Shown: positions 27,150-38,977, counted from the first letter of the stretch. The stretch is 64,000 nucleotides of DNA from Eledone cirrhosa (GCA_964016885.1 OZ024751.1:40114001-40178000), one strand, 5' to 3'. Translations and numbers: made by a program. Notes: a model not told the origin generated them from the letters alone.

Positions 27150-27678
27150 CCAATGATATTTGCATCACAGACAAACAGACACACCGATAGTCGGACAACC
27201 GGCCAGGCAGACAGTTCTGTTGTTCAGTGAAACAGTAGTGGTAATGTTTTATTTTTCATTTTACAGAAAGATAAATGTAGATAAACTTCAAATATAGCTT
27301 CAAATGATTTCTGAATGTCAGATAAAGTATTTTAACATTTACACCAGTGACCAAACTTGTAAGTACATCATAGAAGGAAAGCAAAGCTGGTGGTTTAGTC
27401 TAGGCACTGCTTTAGTCGAGTGACATTCAAATATTGAAGGAGTGGTTTTTTGGGGGGAGTTTTGGAATTAAATAAGTTGTTAATTCTTACAAGAGAAAAA
27501 CTGGTTAAACAACTAGTTATCTAACATCAAAGTTATAAAGATAGATAGGTAGATGGCTATAGGTAGATAGAGATATAAATAAATATATATGGTCCAACCC
27601 TTGCAAGTGTGGAAAAACAGATGTAAAAACGATGATGATGATAGCAAGAGAAATAGATAGATAGATACGTAGGTAGGG

Positions 27679-27774
<96 letters not shown>

Positions 27775-28100
27775 ATACAGATAGACAGATACAGTTTGCT
27801 TGGTTTAAAAGCAAGCGCCACCAAGCCCTTGGGGTGACATCAACAGGGTCTACTCTGTTGCAAGCATTTGGGCCAGGTCTTCGCTGGTGATACTACCTTC
27901 ACTTCGTTTAAAAGGTTACAGATATGACGTTGATGCTCGACTTGGATTAAGACAAGGGTTGTTATTTAGAATAATGAATATCAGAGAAAAATCAATTGAT
28001 AGAATGTCAAGGATGTCAAATATACTACACTCATTTATTATATTTCTTCACGACAAAAAGATGTTATCTTTGTCATATATATATATATATATATATATAT

Positions 28101-29046
28101 CCACATTGTAAAGTGGTCGTGTAGGTGTCACGACAAAAAGCGCCCAGCCCACACTGTAAAGTGATAGAGTAGGTGTCAAGATAAAAAGAGCCCAGCCCAC
28201 ACTGTAAAGTGATAGTGTAGGTGTCATGATAAAAAGCACCCAGCCCACACTGTAAAGTGGTCGTGTAGGTATCACGACAAAAAGCACCCAGCCCACACTG
28301 TAAAGTGATAGTGTAGGTGTCATGATAAAAAGCGCCCAGTCCACACTGTAAAGTAGTCGTGTAGGTGTCACAATAAAAAGCGCCCAACCCACACTGTAAA
28401 GTGGTCGTGTAGGTGTCATGATAATAAGCACCCAGCCCACACTGTAAAGTGGTCGTGTAGGTGTCACGACAAAAAGCACCCAGCCCACACTGTAAAGTGG
28501 TCGTGTAGGTGTCACGACAAAAAGCACCCAGCCCACACTGTAAAGTGGTCGTGTAGGTCTCACGACAAAAAGCACCCAGCCCACACTGTAAAGTGGTCAT
28601 GTAGGTCTCACGACAAAAAGCACCCAGCCCACACTGTAAAGTGGTCGTGTAGGTGTCACGACAAAAGGCACCCAGCCCACACTGTAAAGTGGTCGTGTAG
28701 GTGTCACGACAAAAAGCACCCAGCCCACACTGTAAGGTGGTCGTGTAGGTGTCACGACAAAAAGCACCCAGCCCACACTGTAAAGTGGTCGTGTAGGTGT
28801 CACGACAAAAAGCACCCAGCCCACACTGTAAGGTGGTCGTGTAGGTGTCAATAAAAAGCACCTAGTACACACTGTAAATGTTGTTGGCATTAGAAAGGGC
28901 ATCCGGCTGTAGAAATCTAGCCAAAATTAGTTCTGTGTGAACTAAACACGGTCACCCGACTTGGCAGTCTCACAACAGGACAACTCATCTAACCCATGCT
29001 AGCGGGGAAGATAGACCTTAAAGGATGATGATGATGATGATGATGA
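28101..29046 (+). repeat. RTE/SINE tail with about 16 tandem copies of a 48-bp unit
   Basis: The unit is CACTGTAAAGTGGTCGTGTAGGTGTCACGACAAAAAGCACCCAGCCCA, followed by the normal tail and (GAT)n. Confidence 0.9.
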
Positions 29047-29159
29047 TATATACAACGGCTACATTATTCTACTGGCACCCAACACCCTTAAAAAGATGAA
29101 AGGTAAAGTTGACCCCAGGTACATTTGAACTCAGAATGTAAAAAAACTGGAAGGGTTAT

Positions 29160-29820
29160 AATAATAATCGTTTCTATTTTTAGCACAAGGCCAGCAATTA
29201 CCCAGTACATTACTGGTACTTTATTTTATTGCCCCCGCAAGGATGAAAGGCAAAGCTAACCTCAGCAGGATTTGAACTCAGAAGATACAGAATTGTAACT
29301 CTATGCCACGAACAATGCACGGCCTTTTAATAATAATAATGTTTCTACTTTTGGCACAAGGCCAGCAATTATCCCAGTGTATTAATAAATATGGGTTCTT
29401 ATATAGGCACATGACCAGTAACTCAGGGGTGGGGAAAGTCGATTAAAACGACCCCTGTGCATTACTGGTACTTTATTTTATCGGCCCCGCAAGGATGAAT
29501 GGCAAAGTTAACCTCGGCGGGATTTGAACTCAGATCATAAAGGGCTGTAACTCTATGCCACGAAGCATGGTGTCCGACACTGCACTAATACTGCCAATAC
29601 TCTGCCTTTTATTAATAATAACTGTTTTTACGTTTGGCACAAGGCCAGCAATTACCCAGTGTATTACTGGTACTTTATTTTATCGACCCCGTAAGGATGA
29701 AAGGCAAAGTTAACCTCGGCGGGATTTGAACTCAGAATGGCAAGGGCCGTAACTCTATGCGTCAAAGCATGGTGTCCGACCCTCTACCGATGCTGCCAAT
29801 CCACCGCCTGTTATTAATAA
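29160..29820 (-). mobile_element. Head-to-tail cluster of SINE family B copies; others at about 3612-3835, 14390-14597, 30325-30503 and 38700-38885
   Basis: Repeated GGCACAAGGCCAGCAATT...CTGGTACTTTATTTTATCGACCCC...GGATGAAAGGCAAAGTTAACCTC...GGATTTGAACTCAGA units separated by (TAA)n. Confidence 0.85.
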
Positions 29821-31214
29821 TTATATATATATAGATAATGAAATGATGATGATGATGATGAGCTTTACAGTGATACATTTCCTTAGTTTATTCGGGGTGT
29901 GGACACGAATTTCTCGATATTTAGATGTGGGGAAGGGCATACCTCTTTGATGAGTCATGTATATTTTGTTTGTTTTCAGCTTCTGTTGTTTATTTCTATT
30001 AACACTGACTACGACACCTGTAATGTCACAGCCGAGCATTGAACTGCTTTTATTACTTACAGGTAAGTCTATCAAATTAGGTCAGCAACAATAACAACAG
30101 CAGCAGTCAGAACATTAATCCTTTAGCATTTAAACCAGCTGTATCCGACCAGAACCCTCTCACCTCTTTCTGTTCAAACTGGCTGTAACTGGTCACTCAT
30201 ACTGACGTTAAGGTATTGTTCTCAAAATAAATAACCTCAAAATCTCATAACTTCGATATTATGTGAGATAAAAACCTTTACCACAAAAATACAATAGCAT
30301 ATATAGTAATATAGAGTAACATTGGATTGGCAGTATCGGTAGAGGGTCGGACGCCATGCTTTGCGGCATAGAGTTACGGCCCTTTACGATCTGAGTTCAA
30401 ATCCCGCCGAGTGTGACTTTGCCTTTCATCCTTACGGGGTCGATAAAATAAAGTACCAGTAATGAACTGGGTAATTGCTGGCCTTGTGCTTAAAGTAGAA
30501 ACAAATATATATATATAGAGTACTGTAAATGCTAAGGGGTTAAAGCAACAGCAGAAACGACAAAACAAGTAGAATGCAAAAGACAATACTATAGTCCCAA
30601 ATTATCATCATCATCATTGTCATTTAACGTCTGTTTTCCCTGCTAGCAAGGGTTGGATGGGTCTTCACAGACTGAGTCAGTACTCATGCAGAGTTTCTGA
30701 CCTCACAGATGGGCTGGGAGTCTGCATCTTATATATGTTTCTACACCATACCTAGTTCTCAAATAGATTGAGGTCAGATAGATCTTGTTTACATATATTA
30801 CCCCACTCAACCGAGTGCTCGGACAGATCAACATATGAAAATATTAAAGTAGTCATAATTTCATTAAATGAAACAACCAGTATCCTCCTAGTTTAGCACA
30901 CTAAAATCCGCCGCTAACAGCCAGTATCTCCTAGTTTAGGACACTAAAATCCGCCGCTAACAGCCAGTATTGTCCTAGTTTAGGATACTAAAATCCTCCG
31001 CTAACAACCAGTATTCTCCTAGTTTATTACACTAAATTCTGCTGGACTACAACAATCCATATCGTTTTTACATTGACTTTTCCAGGCTGGCATGGATTAA
31101 ATGGGTCCTTTTGAAGCAATGTTTTACAGTTGTATGTCCTTCTTGACACCAACCCTTTTAATTGCTTCTTATGAAATGTAGGGATACACTGTACCTATTC
31201 TAAACTGAACACGC

Positions 31215-31306
<92 letters not shown>

Positions 31307-31378
31307 TCACTGGACCATTAAGTTCACATGAAGATATGTCACTATCTTAACACCAAATATTATATTTTATCTGACGAA

Positions 31379-31570
31379 TAATAGGCGGTGGATTGGCAGT
31401 ATTGGTAGTGTCGGATGCCATGCTTTGGCGCATAGAGTTACGGCCCTTGCCATTCTGAGTTCAAATCCCGCCGAGGTTAACTTTGCCTTTCATCCCTACG
31501 GGGTCGATAAAATAAAGTAGCAGTAATACACTGGGTAATTGCTGGCCTTGTACCTAACGTAGAAACAATA
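31379..31570 (+). mobile_element. SINE family B copy with a 17-bp target-site duplication
   Basis: B box GAGTTCAAATCCC and core GCCTTTCATCC...GGGGTCGATAAAATAAAGTA. The TSD ATATTTTATCTGACGAA is at 31362-31378 and 31571-31587. Confidence 0.9.
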
Positions 31571-31571
31571 A

Positions 31572-31632
31572 TATTTTATCTGACGAAAGCGTACTTGAAT
31601 ATTAGTACCCTTGAAATACGTATAATAAAATA
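31572..31632 (+). ncRNA. Type I hammerhead ribozyme motif (intact core)
   Basis: TATTTTAT CTGACGA AAGcGTACT-loop-AGTACcCTT GAAA TACGTA TA ATAAAATA. Stem I has 8 bp, stem III is palindromic and the triplet is AUA. Confidence 0.85.
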
Positions 31633-31694
31633 AATATGGTTTTATAAAGATATTTTCCATTTATCAATATTCTTAATAATATATATATATATGT

Positions 31695-31994
31695 GGAGGC
31701 ACATGGCTTAGTGGTTAGAGCATTGGCCTTGCAATCGAAAGGTTGTGAGTTCAATTCTCAGACCGGGTGATGTGTTGTTTCCTTGAGCAAGACACTTTAT
31801 TTCACATTGCTCCAGCTTACTCAGCTGTAGAAATGAGATGATAAGGACTATCCCTATCATTCCACTGTGAAGTGGTCGTAGAGGTGCCACGTAAATGAGG
31901 TTGGTGTTAGGAAGGGCATCCAACTGTAGAAATCAGTTCCCGTCCCACCCTTGCAAGCAGGGAAAAGCGGACGTAAAATGATGATGATGATGAT
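31695..31994 (+). mobile_element. SINE family A copy
   Basis: Same head, body and tail as 24664. Confidence 0.88.
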
Positions 31995-32137
31995 ATATAT
32001 AATGAATCAAAACATATCAAATATGTTTAGAATATTGTGTTCCTCAATAAGCAAGCTCAATAGACTTTATCTATTAGTAACCAAATGGAAAGATATATGG
32101 CTATATCTATATATATATATATATATTTTATAGAAGG

Positions 32138-32188
32138 AGCTTCTACAGGACTAGTACTGTTCCATTCAGATGAAATCTTCAGGAAGCT
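32138..32188 (-). ncRNA. Inverted copy of the 32713 hammerhead with GAAA changed to GGAA (probably inactive)
   Basis: Reverse complement of 32713-32763 except at one core base. Confidence 0.65.
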
Positions 32189-32712
32189 GGGTGTCATATT
32201 AAGTTCTGGTATTTATACATTTAGGCAGTGGTAAGGGAGGGGTGGTGGAAGGGAGGGGTGGTGGAAGGGAGGGGGGGGGGGGTATTTAGGTACACAGGAC
32301 CACTTCATGGCACAGGCCGTTTTTTCTTTGGGGTTTTCTTTGGGCCGTTTTTACTTTAAATGTAATTCAACAGATATATAGTAGGGAAATTTAGGTGGGT
32401 TGGTAATAGAAATTAAACATTTAACAAGACCGAATCATGGCACAGACTGGGGTGAGTGGTCAAGTTAACATACAAGCCACAGGTGGCCAGAGTGTTTTTG
32501 TAGGATGGAAAGAATAAAATATATTTACATACTCACAGCCACATACAAAAACACTAACACACACATATATATTTAAACACTCTGGCTAATTGACCACTCC
32601 CCAAAGAAAAAACGGCCTGTGCCATGAAGTGGTCCTGTGTACCTAAATACCCCCCCCCCCCCTCCCTTACCACTACCTAAATGTATAAATACCAGAACTT
32701 AATATGACAACC

Positions 32713-32763
32713 AGCTTCCTGAAGATTTCATCTGAATGAAACAGTACTAGTCCTGTAGAAGCT
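32713..32763 (+). ncRNA. Type I hammerhead ribozyme motif (intact core)
   Basis: AGCTTC CTGAAGA tTTCatctGAAt GAAA CAG-tactagtc-CTG TA GAAGCT. The triplet is GUA. Confidence 0.75.
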
Positions 32764-32910
32764 CCTTCTATAAAATAAAAAAATTTTTACTCTGCCATGT
32801 ATTAAGTACCTTACTTACTGTAGTTATCCCCGACTCAACCCGGGACCTACGTATATATATATATGTGTGTATGTTGATGATGATGATGTTTAATGTATGA
32901 AGATGGAGAG

Positions 32911-32960
32911 GTTAATAATCTGATGAGGTCAATAGCCTGAAACATTATACTCTTATTAAC
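32911..32960 (+). ncRNA. Degenerate hammerhead motif
   Basis: GTTAATAA t CTGATGA GGTC-aata-GCCT GAAA cattatac TC TTATTAAC. Stem I has 8 bp, while stems II and III are damaged. Confidence 0.5.
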
Positions 32961-33685
32961 AACAACATTTCATCTGAGAAATATTAAGATAGGATTTAAC
33001 CATCTGTACAATATCTAAAGTAGTTCTTGGAGTCTGATATCTTCTTCACTCTCACACAAAACAACACCTCAAAAAACAAGAAATAACAATAATAACAACA
33101 ATCTATTTATTATATTAAAGCTGGTGTATCTGTCATGTAAAATGTCTATCATGCTGGGGAAAGAGGATGGTAAGAGAGTGTGTAAGAGAGAAGGGAGAGA
33201 GAGAACTAAAAAAGGTTTTACTTTTCCCCAAAAATACTGTTTATCCTCAAATGTCTTTTATTAGAAATATGGTAATAATGAAAATATTATTTTGACCAAA
33301 TCCATCCAAAATCTTGATTATTTCCAAAATTAATTCATATACATAAATTATTATTATACTATACTATTATTTTTATTATTATTTGTTTTGTTTTTACACG
33401 CAGAAATGCCCATTTGTATTGTCCTGTGTTGCCCTTAATGTTATACTTTGTGTAAACCCCTGTGGTTAATTAAGAAAGTATTATTATTATTATTATTATC
33501 TTTATTTTATAAAAATATAGCAATGACAAGGTTAAGATGTCATTCAGAACATGACTTAACATAAGGTTTTTACATGAATCTAGGGTAGTTTCATAACATA
33601 GAACCAGAAGAGGCAGTTTTCAAGCAGGTTGATGTGAAATGGGTTCAACCAGAGACAAAAGAAGAAATAAAAACAAAATGCTTAC

Positions 33686-33724
33686 CTCTTTCTCTGTTAA
33701 TTTCACATGTCCTGGGTATACGAG
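33686..33724 (-). CDS. DENND6: DENND6 coding exon 2 (LVYPGHVKLTEKE)
   Basis: TTGCAG acceptor and GTAAG donor, 39 nt. Corresponds to VIYPQHSKLTDRE of DENND6A. Confidence 0.9.
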
Positions 33725-33944
33725 CTGCAAAGAATTAAGGAAATTTTCATTATTTTGGAAGCAAAAGAAAAAGAAAATCAAATGATAATTCCTAAGAAAC
33801 AACAACAAAAATTTGACATACAATTAAGAAGCCAGTTCATTGTCATAGCAACATATAACTTCTGGGTTTTTGTTACCATTATTACCATTCCTGGTAATAA
33901 CATCTGGTCAGTTGTTCCAAGATTTCCTACATTTGATATCAAGG

Positions 33945-34148
33945 CAGTTTGGTATCAGGCAGTTTGATATCAAGGAAGTTTGATATCAAGGAAGTTTGAT
34001 ATCAGGCAGTTTGATATTGAGGCAGTTTGATATGCAGGCAGTTTGATATCAAGGAAGTTTGATATCAATGAAGTTTGATATCAATGAAGTTTGGTATCAA
34101 GGCAGTTTGATCTCATGGCAGTTTGATATCAAGGCAGTTTGATCTCAG
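33945..34148. repeat. Minisatellite, unit 16-17 bp
   Basis: GGCAGTTTGATATCAA-type units. Confidence 0.9.
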
Positions 34149-35095
34149 GAGTTAATAATGAATATGTTAGTTTATTAAATCACCCCAAAATCTCAATTTT
34201 CAAAATTAATTTTCCAAAATCACAATTTTTCAATAAATTTTCCAAAATTAATTGAAATGCATGGATAATGTATGTTATTAGAAACAGGATCAGTCAGTCA
34301 TGAAAGGGTTAAGTAAAGCTTCAATGGAACCCCCTGATGCTTGTGGAAGGGTTAACCAAACATTTTATACAGGAAGTGAAGTGATTCCAACCATAAATTC
34401 CCGTTCACCAACAAACTTGCTAAGCACCACACCATATGCTTGTCATACACACATTATCTAAACAAATACTGCTTTAAATTATTAATGGAAACTTGTGGAG
34501 TTGTATAAGAAGCAAAGACAACATGGCTGTGTGGCATTAATGAATAATGAGTGATGTAAAAGTATAAGAACCAAATATGTGGTTAAAACTGGGCCAAGAT
34601 TATGTGTTGGCTCAGCACTTCTAGCATTTTCTTTCATTCTTTTACTGATTTCAGTCATTAGACTGTGTCCAGACTGCACTCATCATGAGGTCTTTTCAAA
34701 TCAGTGTTTTATGGACAAATGCCCTTCCTGGCACCAACCCCTTTAGTCACCTTTTACAACACACAGGGATGTGATATACCTATTCTAAACCAGATACACA
34801 CAGCTCTCACCTCAAATACATTACAAGAGTATTTTTATTGTATGTTCATATTTCTGTCAAAACAGACACAGCATCTAATTTATGTAAAAACATCAGGACT
34901 TATTTTTATTATTCATAACAAACTTTATGGCTCGCTAAGTCACTCACAGTAGGAAATTTACACTAGTTACTACTGCTACGGTCCTAGCTGAGTAAATGGT
35001 GCTGTTATTGTGATAGTACACCAGCTATATACCTCCTGGGTTGCATAGAAGGGTTTGGTGGAGAGGGACAAGACAACACCTACGTCCATTAATGG

Positions 35096-35151
<56 letters not shown>

Positions 35152-35159
35152 ATATATAT

Positions 35160-37051
35160 ATCATCATCATCATCATCATCAGGTTTAGCGTCCGTGTTCC
35201 ACGCTTGCATGGGTTTGGACGGGGGTTTTCCCACTTGAGGCAAGAGTGGTTGTCTTGCTCGCATAGGACTGTCTGGCGGGTTTTCTACAGTTGGATGCCC
35301 TTCCTAACACCAACCACATTTACAGTGTGGGGCTGGGAGGTTTTTACCGTGTTGCCTACACGGCCACATTACAGCGTGGACTGTCTGGCGGGTTTTCTAC
35401 AGTTGGATGCCCTTCCTAACACCAACCACATTTACAGTGTGGGGCTGGGAGGTTTTTACCGTGTTGCCTACACGGCCACATTTACAGCGTGGACTGTGTG
35501 TTTTTTGTCGTGACACCTACACGATCTCATTTGTTTCGGCCTGGATGTTGTGGGACCAACATAACTTTACATTGAAAGGGGCGGTGTGGGTGGGGTGGAG
35601 GTGGTGGGACGGGGGTGTGTTTTGATAGAGATGCCTACTGACTGTAGTAGGTTTTTACTTTGTATTTAGGTAAGGCGGGTCTTCTCTATTACTGAGTACC
35701 GCCAAAGGTCTCGGTCCAGTGACATTGTCTTGGAGAGGTGTAAGCGTGTGAGGTCGGAATTTATCAGCTCGTCCCATGTTTTTCTGGGTCTGCCTACTCC
35801 GTGGCTACCGTCTATCTTTATTGCCCTGCACTTTGTTATACAGCTGTCGTCTTTCATGCGCATCACGTGACCGTACCAACGTAGCCTTCTCTCGAGTAAA
35901 CAACATCTGATCCCTCTTATTTCTAATTTTTTCCTTAGTTCGTTTATGCTTTGCCGTTCACGTATATTACTATTGCACATCCAGCGGAGCATGCAAGCTT
36001 CGTTCCTCTCTAGTCTGCGTATATCCTCTGCACACAATGCCCAGGTCTCACTGCCATGCAGCATTGCTGTTCGTATGCAGGCATCGTATAACCTGCCTTT
36101 CATTTTTAGGGAGAACCCTCTAGCGGCTAATAGTGGTATAAGCTCTCTGAACTTTTTCCATCCAGTTCTGACTCTAGCTACTGTACTTTCAGAGCACCCT
36201 CCCCCACTGCTGATTTTGTCACCCAGATAACGGAAGCTGTCCACTATTTCTATAGAACCCTCTGCGCAGTTGAAGGAGCTAGTATTTTGTGGGCACTTGC
36301 TGCTACTTATTGCACCAGAGCACCAGCCACATGTAAAATCTATGTTCTTAGTTAGCTTACCTGTGATCCCACTACATCTTTTATGCACCCATACTTTGCA
36401 TTTGGGACATAAAATGGAGTTTCTACCTATGCCTTTCCTACACACTGAGCATGGCCATTTCCCCGATGGGACCGCCGCCTTATTTTCTTTCCTACAAACT
36501 AGAACTTTAGTCTTAGCCAGGTTAATTTTAAGGCCTTTTGATTCTAGGCCGTGCTTCCACGTTTGGAATTTCTTCTCTAGTTCGGTCATTGATTCAGCTA
36601 TGAGCGTTAGATCATCTGCGTATAGGAGTTCCCATGGGCAGCCGGTCTTGAACTCCTCTGTTATAGCCTGAAGGGCAATAATAAATAGTAGGGGGCTAAG
36701 AACAGAGCCCTGATGGACACCAACTTTTACGCTAAACTCTTCACTATATTCGTTGTTAATTCTAACCTTACTGACTGTTTCTTTATACATGGCTTGTATA
36801 GCTCTCACAAGCCATTCGTCAACACCTAGTTTTCTAAGAGACCACCAGATAATGGAACGGGGGACTCTGTCGAAGGCTTTCTCCAAGTCGACGAAAGCTA
36901 AGTATAGGGGTTTACTTTTAGCTAGGTACTTCTCCTGTAGTTGTCGTACAATGAAAAGAGCGTCTGTGGTACTTTTGCCTGACACAAACCCGAACTGCAT
37001 TTCATCTAGATCAATTCTCTCTCTGATTAGTTGCGCTATTACTTTTTCCGA
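35160..37051 (-). mobile_element. 5'-truncated RTE-clade LINE: RT ORF, 3' UTR and (GAT)n tail
   Basis: RT motifs QFGF, AFVDLEKAFD, GVHQGSVLSP, LLYADD and FRYLG, plus an RTE-type C-terminus (RRLRWYGHVMR...GRPRKTW). The 3' UTR has an internal duplication of about 120 bp and ends in GAT repeats. Confidence 0.95.
35666..37000 (-). CDS. Reverse transcriptase ORF fragment (444 aa) of the RTE LINE, with an internal PHD-like Cys/His finger
   Basis: Uninterrupted ORF with YADD and a CSVC...CPKC...HKRC...CGWC insert. Confidence 0.9.
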   Translation of the reverse strand: MQFGFVSGKSTTDALFIVRQLQEKYLAKSKPLYLAFVDLEKAFDRVPRSIIWWSLRKLGVDEWLVRAIQAMYKETVSKVRINNEYSEEFSVKVGVHQGSVLSPLLFIIALQAITEEFKTGCPWELLYADDLTLIAESMTELEKKFQTWKHGLESKGLKINLAKTKVLVCRKENKAAVPSGKWPCSVCRKGIGRNSILCPKCKVWVHKRCSGITGKLTKNIDFTCGWCSGAISSSKCPQNTSSFNCAEGSIEIVDSFRYLGDKISSGGGCSESTVARVRTGWKKFRELIPLLAARGFSLKMKGRLYDACIRTAMLHGSETWALCAEDIRRLERNEACMLRWMCNSNIRERQSINELRKKLEIRGIRCCLLERRLRWYGHVMRMKDDSCITKCRAIKIDGSHGVGRPRKTWDELINSDLTRLHLSKTMSLDRDLWRYSVIEKTRLT

Positions 37052-37143
37052 AAGAGGTTCAATTCAGGATTCTGGGATGCCAAATATGGAAATGCAATGA
37101 ACAGTGGATTTGAAATGCCTTACAGAGATGAGAAGTGTGTGTG

Positions 37144-37192
<49 letters not shown>

Positions 37193-37339
37193 TTTGAGTA
37201 TATGTTGGTTGTATACCAACACCTCAGTATGCAGATTGGAGCACTCGACGAAGTGCGCAGGTTGGTTTGGTTACTCCGGAGTAATGTAAAATAAAATAAA
37301 ATAAATAAGTCAAATGTTTAGAATTTGGCTTCGTTTATT

Positions 37340-37394
37340 ACTGCTATATATATTTCGGTGACAGCCATCTTTGGCTGTGACCTCTTCAGGCAGT
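37340..37394 (-). ncRNA. Identical inverted hammerhead copy, sense to the DENND6 pre-mRNA
   Basis: Exact reverse complement of 37509-37563. Confidence 0.85.
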
Positions 37395-37508
37395 CCGAAT
37401 TAGTGTGGTAGAGACGAGTACACATGTTGTTGAGGTGTATAACTTTGTCAATACTCTGATATGTCCAGTTCCTGGTTGGGTTGTTATTTCACTGAGGAAT
37501 TAATTCGG

Positions 37509-37563
37509 ACTGCCTGAAGAGGTCACAGCCAAAGATGGCTGTCACCGAAATATATATAGCAGT
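37509..37563 (+). ncRNA. Type I hammerhead ribozyme motif (intact core)
   Basis: ACTGC CTGAAGA GGTcACAGCCA-aaga-TGGCTGTcACC GAAA TATATA TA GCAGT. Confidence 0.85.
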
Positions 37564-38977
37564 AATAAACGAAGCCAAATTTTAAACATTTGACTTATTT
37601 ATTTTATTTTATTTTATATATATATATAAACCCATGCCAGCATGAAAGATAAACATAAAACAATGATCATATATATATATATATAATATACATACATACA
37701 TACACACACGTTACAGATATTCACCATATCCAATAATAGAAACTTCAGAGTGAGTTTTCACAATCTAAGATAGTTATTGTGAATTCCTTATGTTGCTTGA
37801 TATACCATATATATTCAGGTATGTCACCCACCATGCCCAGAAAAAACAATATATGACTTACCAACTGAACCTAAAAGACCATATATGGGAGTCAAGAACT
37901 AAGCCAAGAAGGTTGTAAGATTCAGTGGTATGTAATGCCAGATTTACGACAAATGAAGCCCTGTGCTAGTTAAGTTAAGAGGCCCCTTACTTGGGCCCCG
38001 AAGGAGGTAAAAAGTTTTTGGGGGCAGGAAGATGTAATAACTTACAAGTGTCACAGGTAAATTCTTAACTGCTGGTAATTAATGAGGACAGGTAAATTCT
38101 TAGAGGGACATAAGTGTTTAAAGACAGGTAAACCCTTAAAAGTAGGTGACTGTTTAAAGAGATGTAGATAGTTAAGGGAAAGTAAATAATAAAGTGCTGA
38201 TAAATGTTCCAGGACAGGTAAATGATTAAGGACAGGTATGTGATTAAGAACAGGTAAATTATTCAAAAGAGGTAAATGATTAAAGACAGGTGAATAGGTA
38301 AATAATTAAAGACAGATAAGTGATTAAAATCAATTAAATGATTAAAGACAGGTAAATGATTAAGGACAGGTAAATAGGTAAATAATTAAAGAGAGGTAAA
38401 TGATTAAATAAATAAATAATTAAGGGCAGGTAAAATGAAGTAATTATGGAGAAGAAATAAGGATGACAGTGGTAACATTAAAAACAAAACATGTTCTATA
38501 ATTGGTGCAACAATAGACATACTGCAATTTAGCTATGCACAACGGTATCAGATGATAAATCTATTATAATATCTGCCAAAAAACCATTAAATCAATATTG
38601 GTTAAGTAACCTCTACTGGCACCAGTTCAATAATTTGACAATTTTCGTTATCTTCAGCTTTGTCTTACTTTATGATAGAAGCCTACATGAAAACATATAA
38701 TTGTTTCTACTTTTGGCACAAGGCCAGCAATTATCCCAGTGTATTACTGGTACTTTATTTTATCGACCTCGTAAGGATGAAAGGCAAAGTTAACCTCGGT
38801 GGGATTTGAATTCAGACTGTAAAGGGATGTAACTCTATGCTACAAAGCATGGTGTCCGACCCTCTACTGATACTGCCAATCCACTTACATGAAAATATAT
38901 AATAAACATACATAAGTCTTGCTGTGGGTATTTTAAACTGTGATCATGTCACAGTTACCTCAGGAACTGAATGAAAA

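Larger units (their letters stand above)
32124..32777. mobile_element. Fold-back element with arms of about 180-200 bp, each carrying a hammerhead; probable inverted Penelope-like terminal repeats
   Basis: 32124-32332 is near reverse-complementary to 32600-32777. (TA)n tracts lie on both sides. Confidence 0.7.
37287..37616. mobile_element. Inverted repeat with arms of about 116 bp, each carrying a hammerhead; probable Penelope-like remnant
   Basis: 37287-37402 is near reverse-complementary to 37501-37616. It lies between TA tracts. Confidence 0.7.

Noticed and set aside
25882-27184. 424-aa ORF and overlapping minus-strand ORFs
   Set aside because: Stop-free minisatellite inside an intron, with no protein signature.
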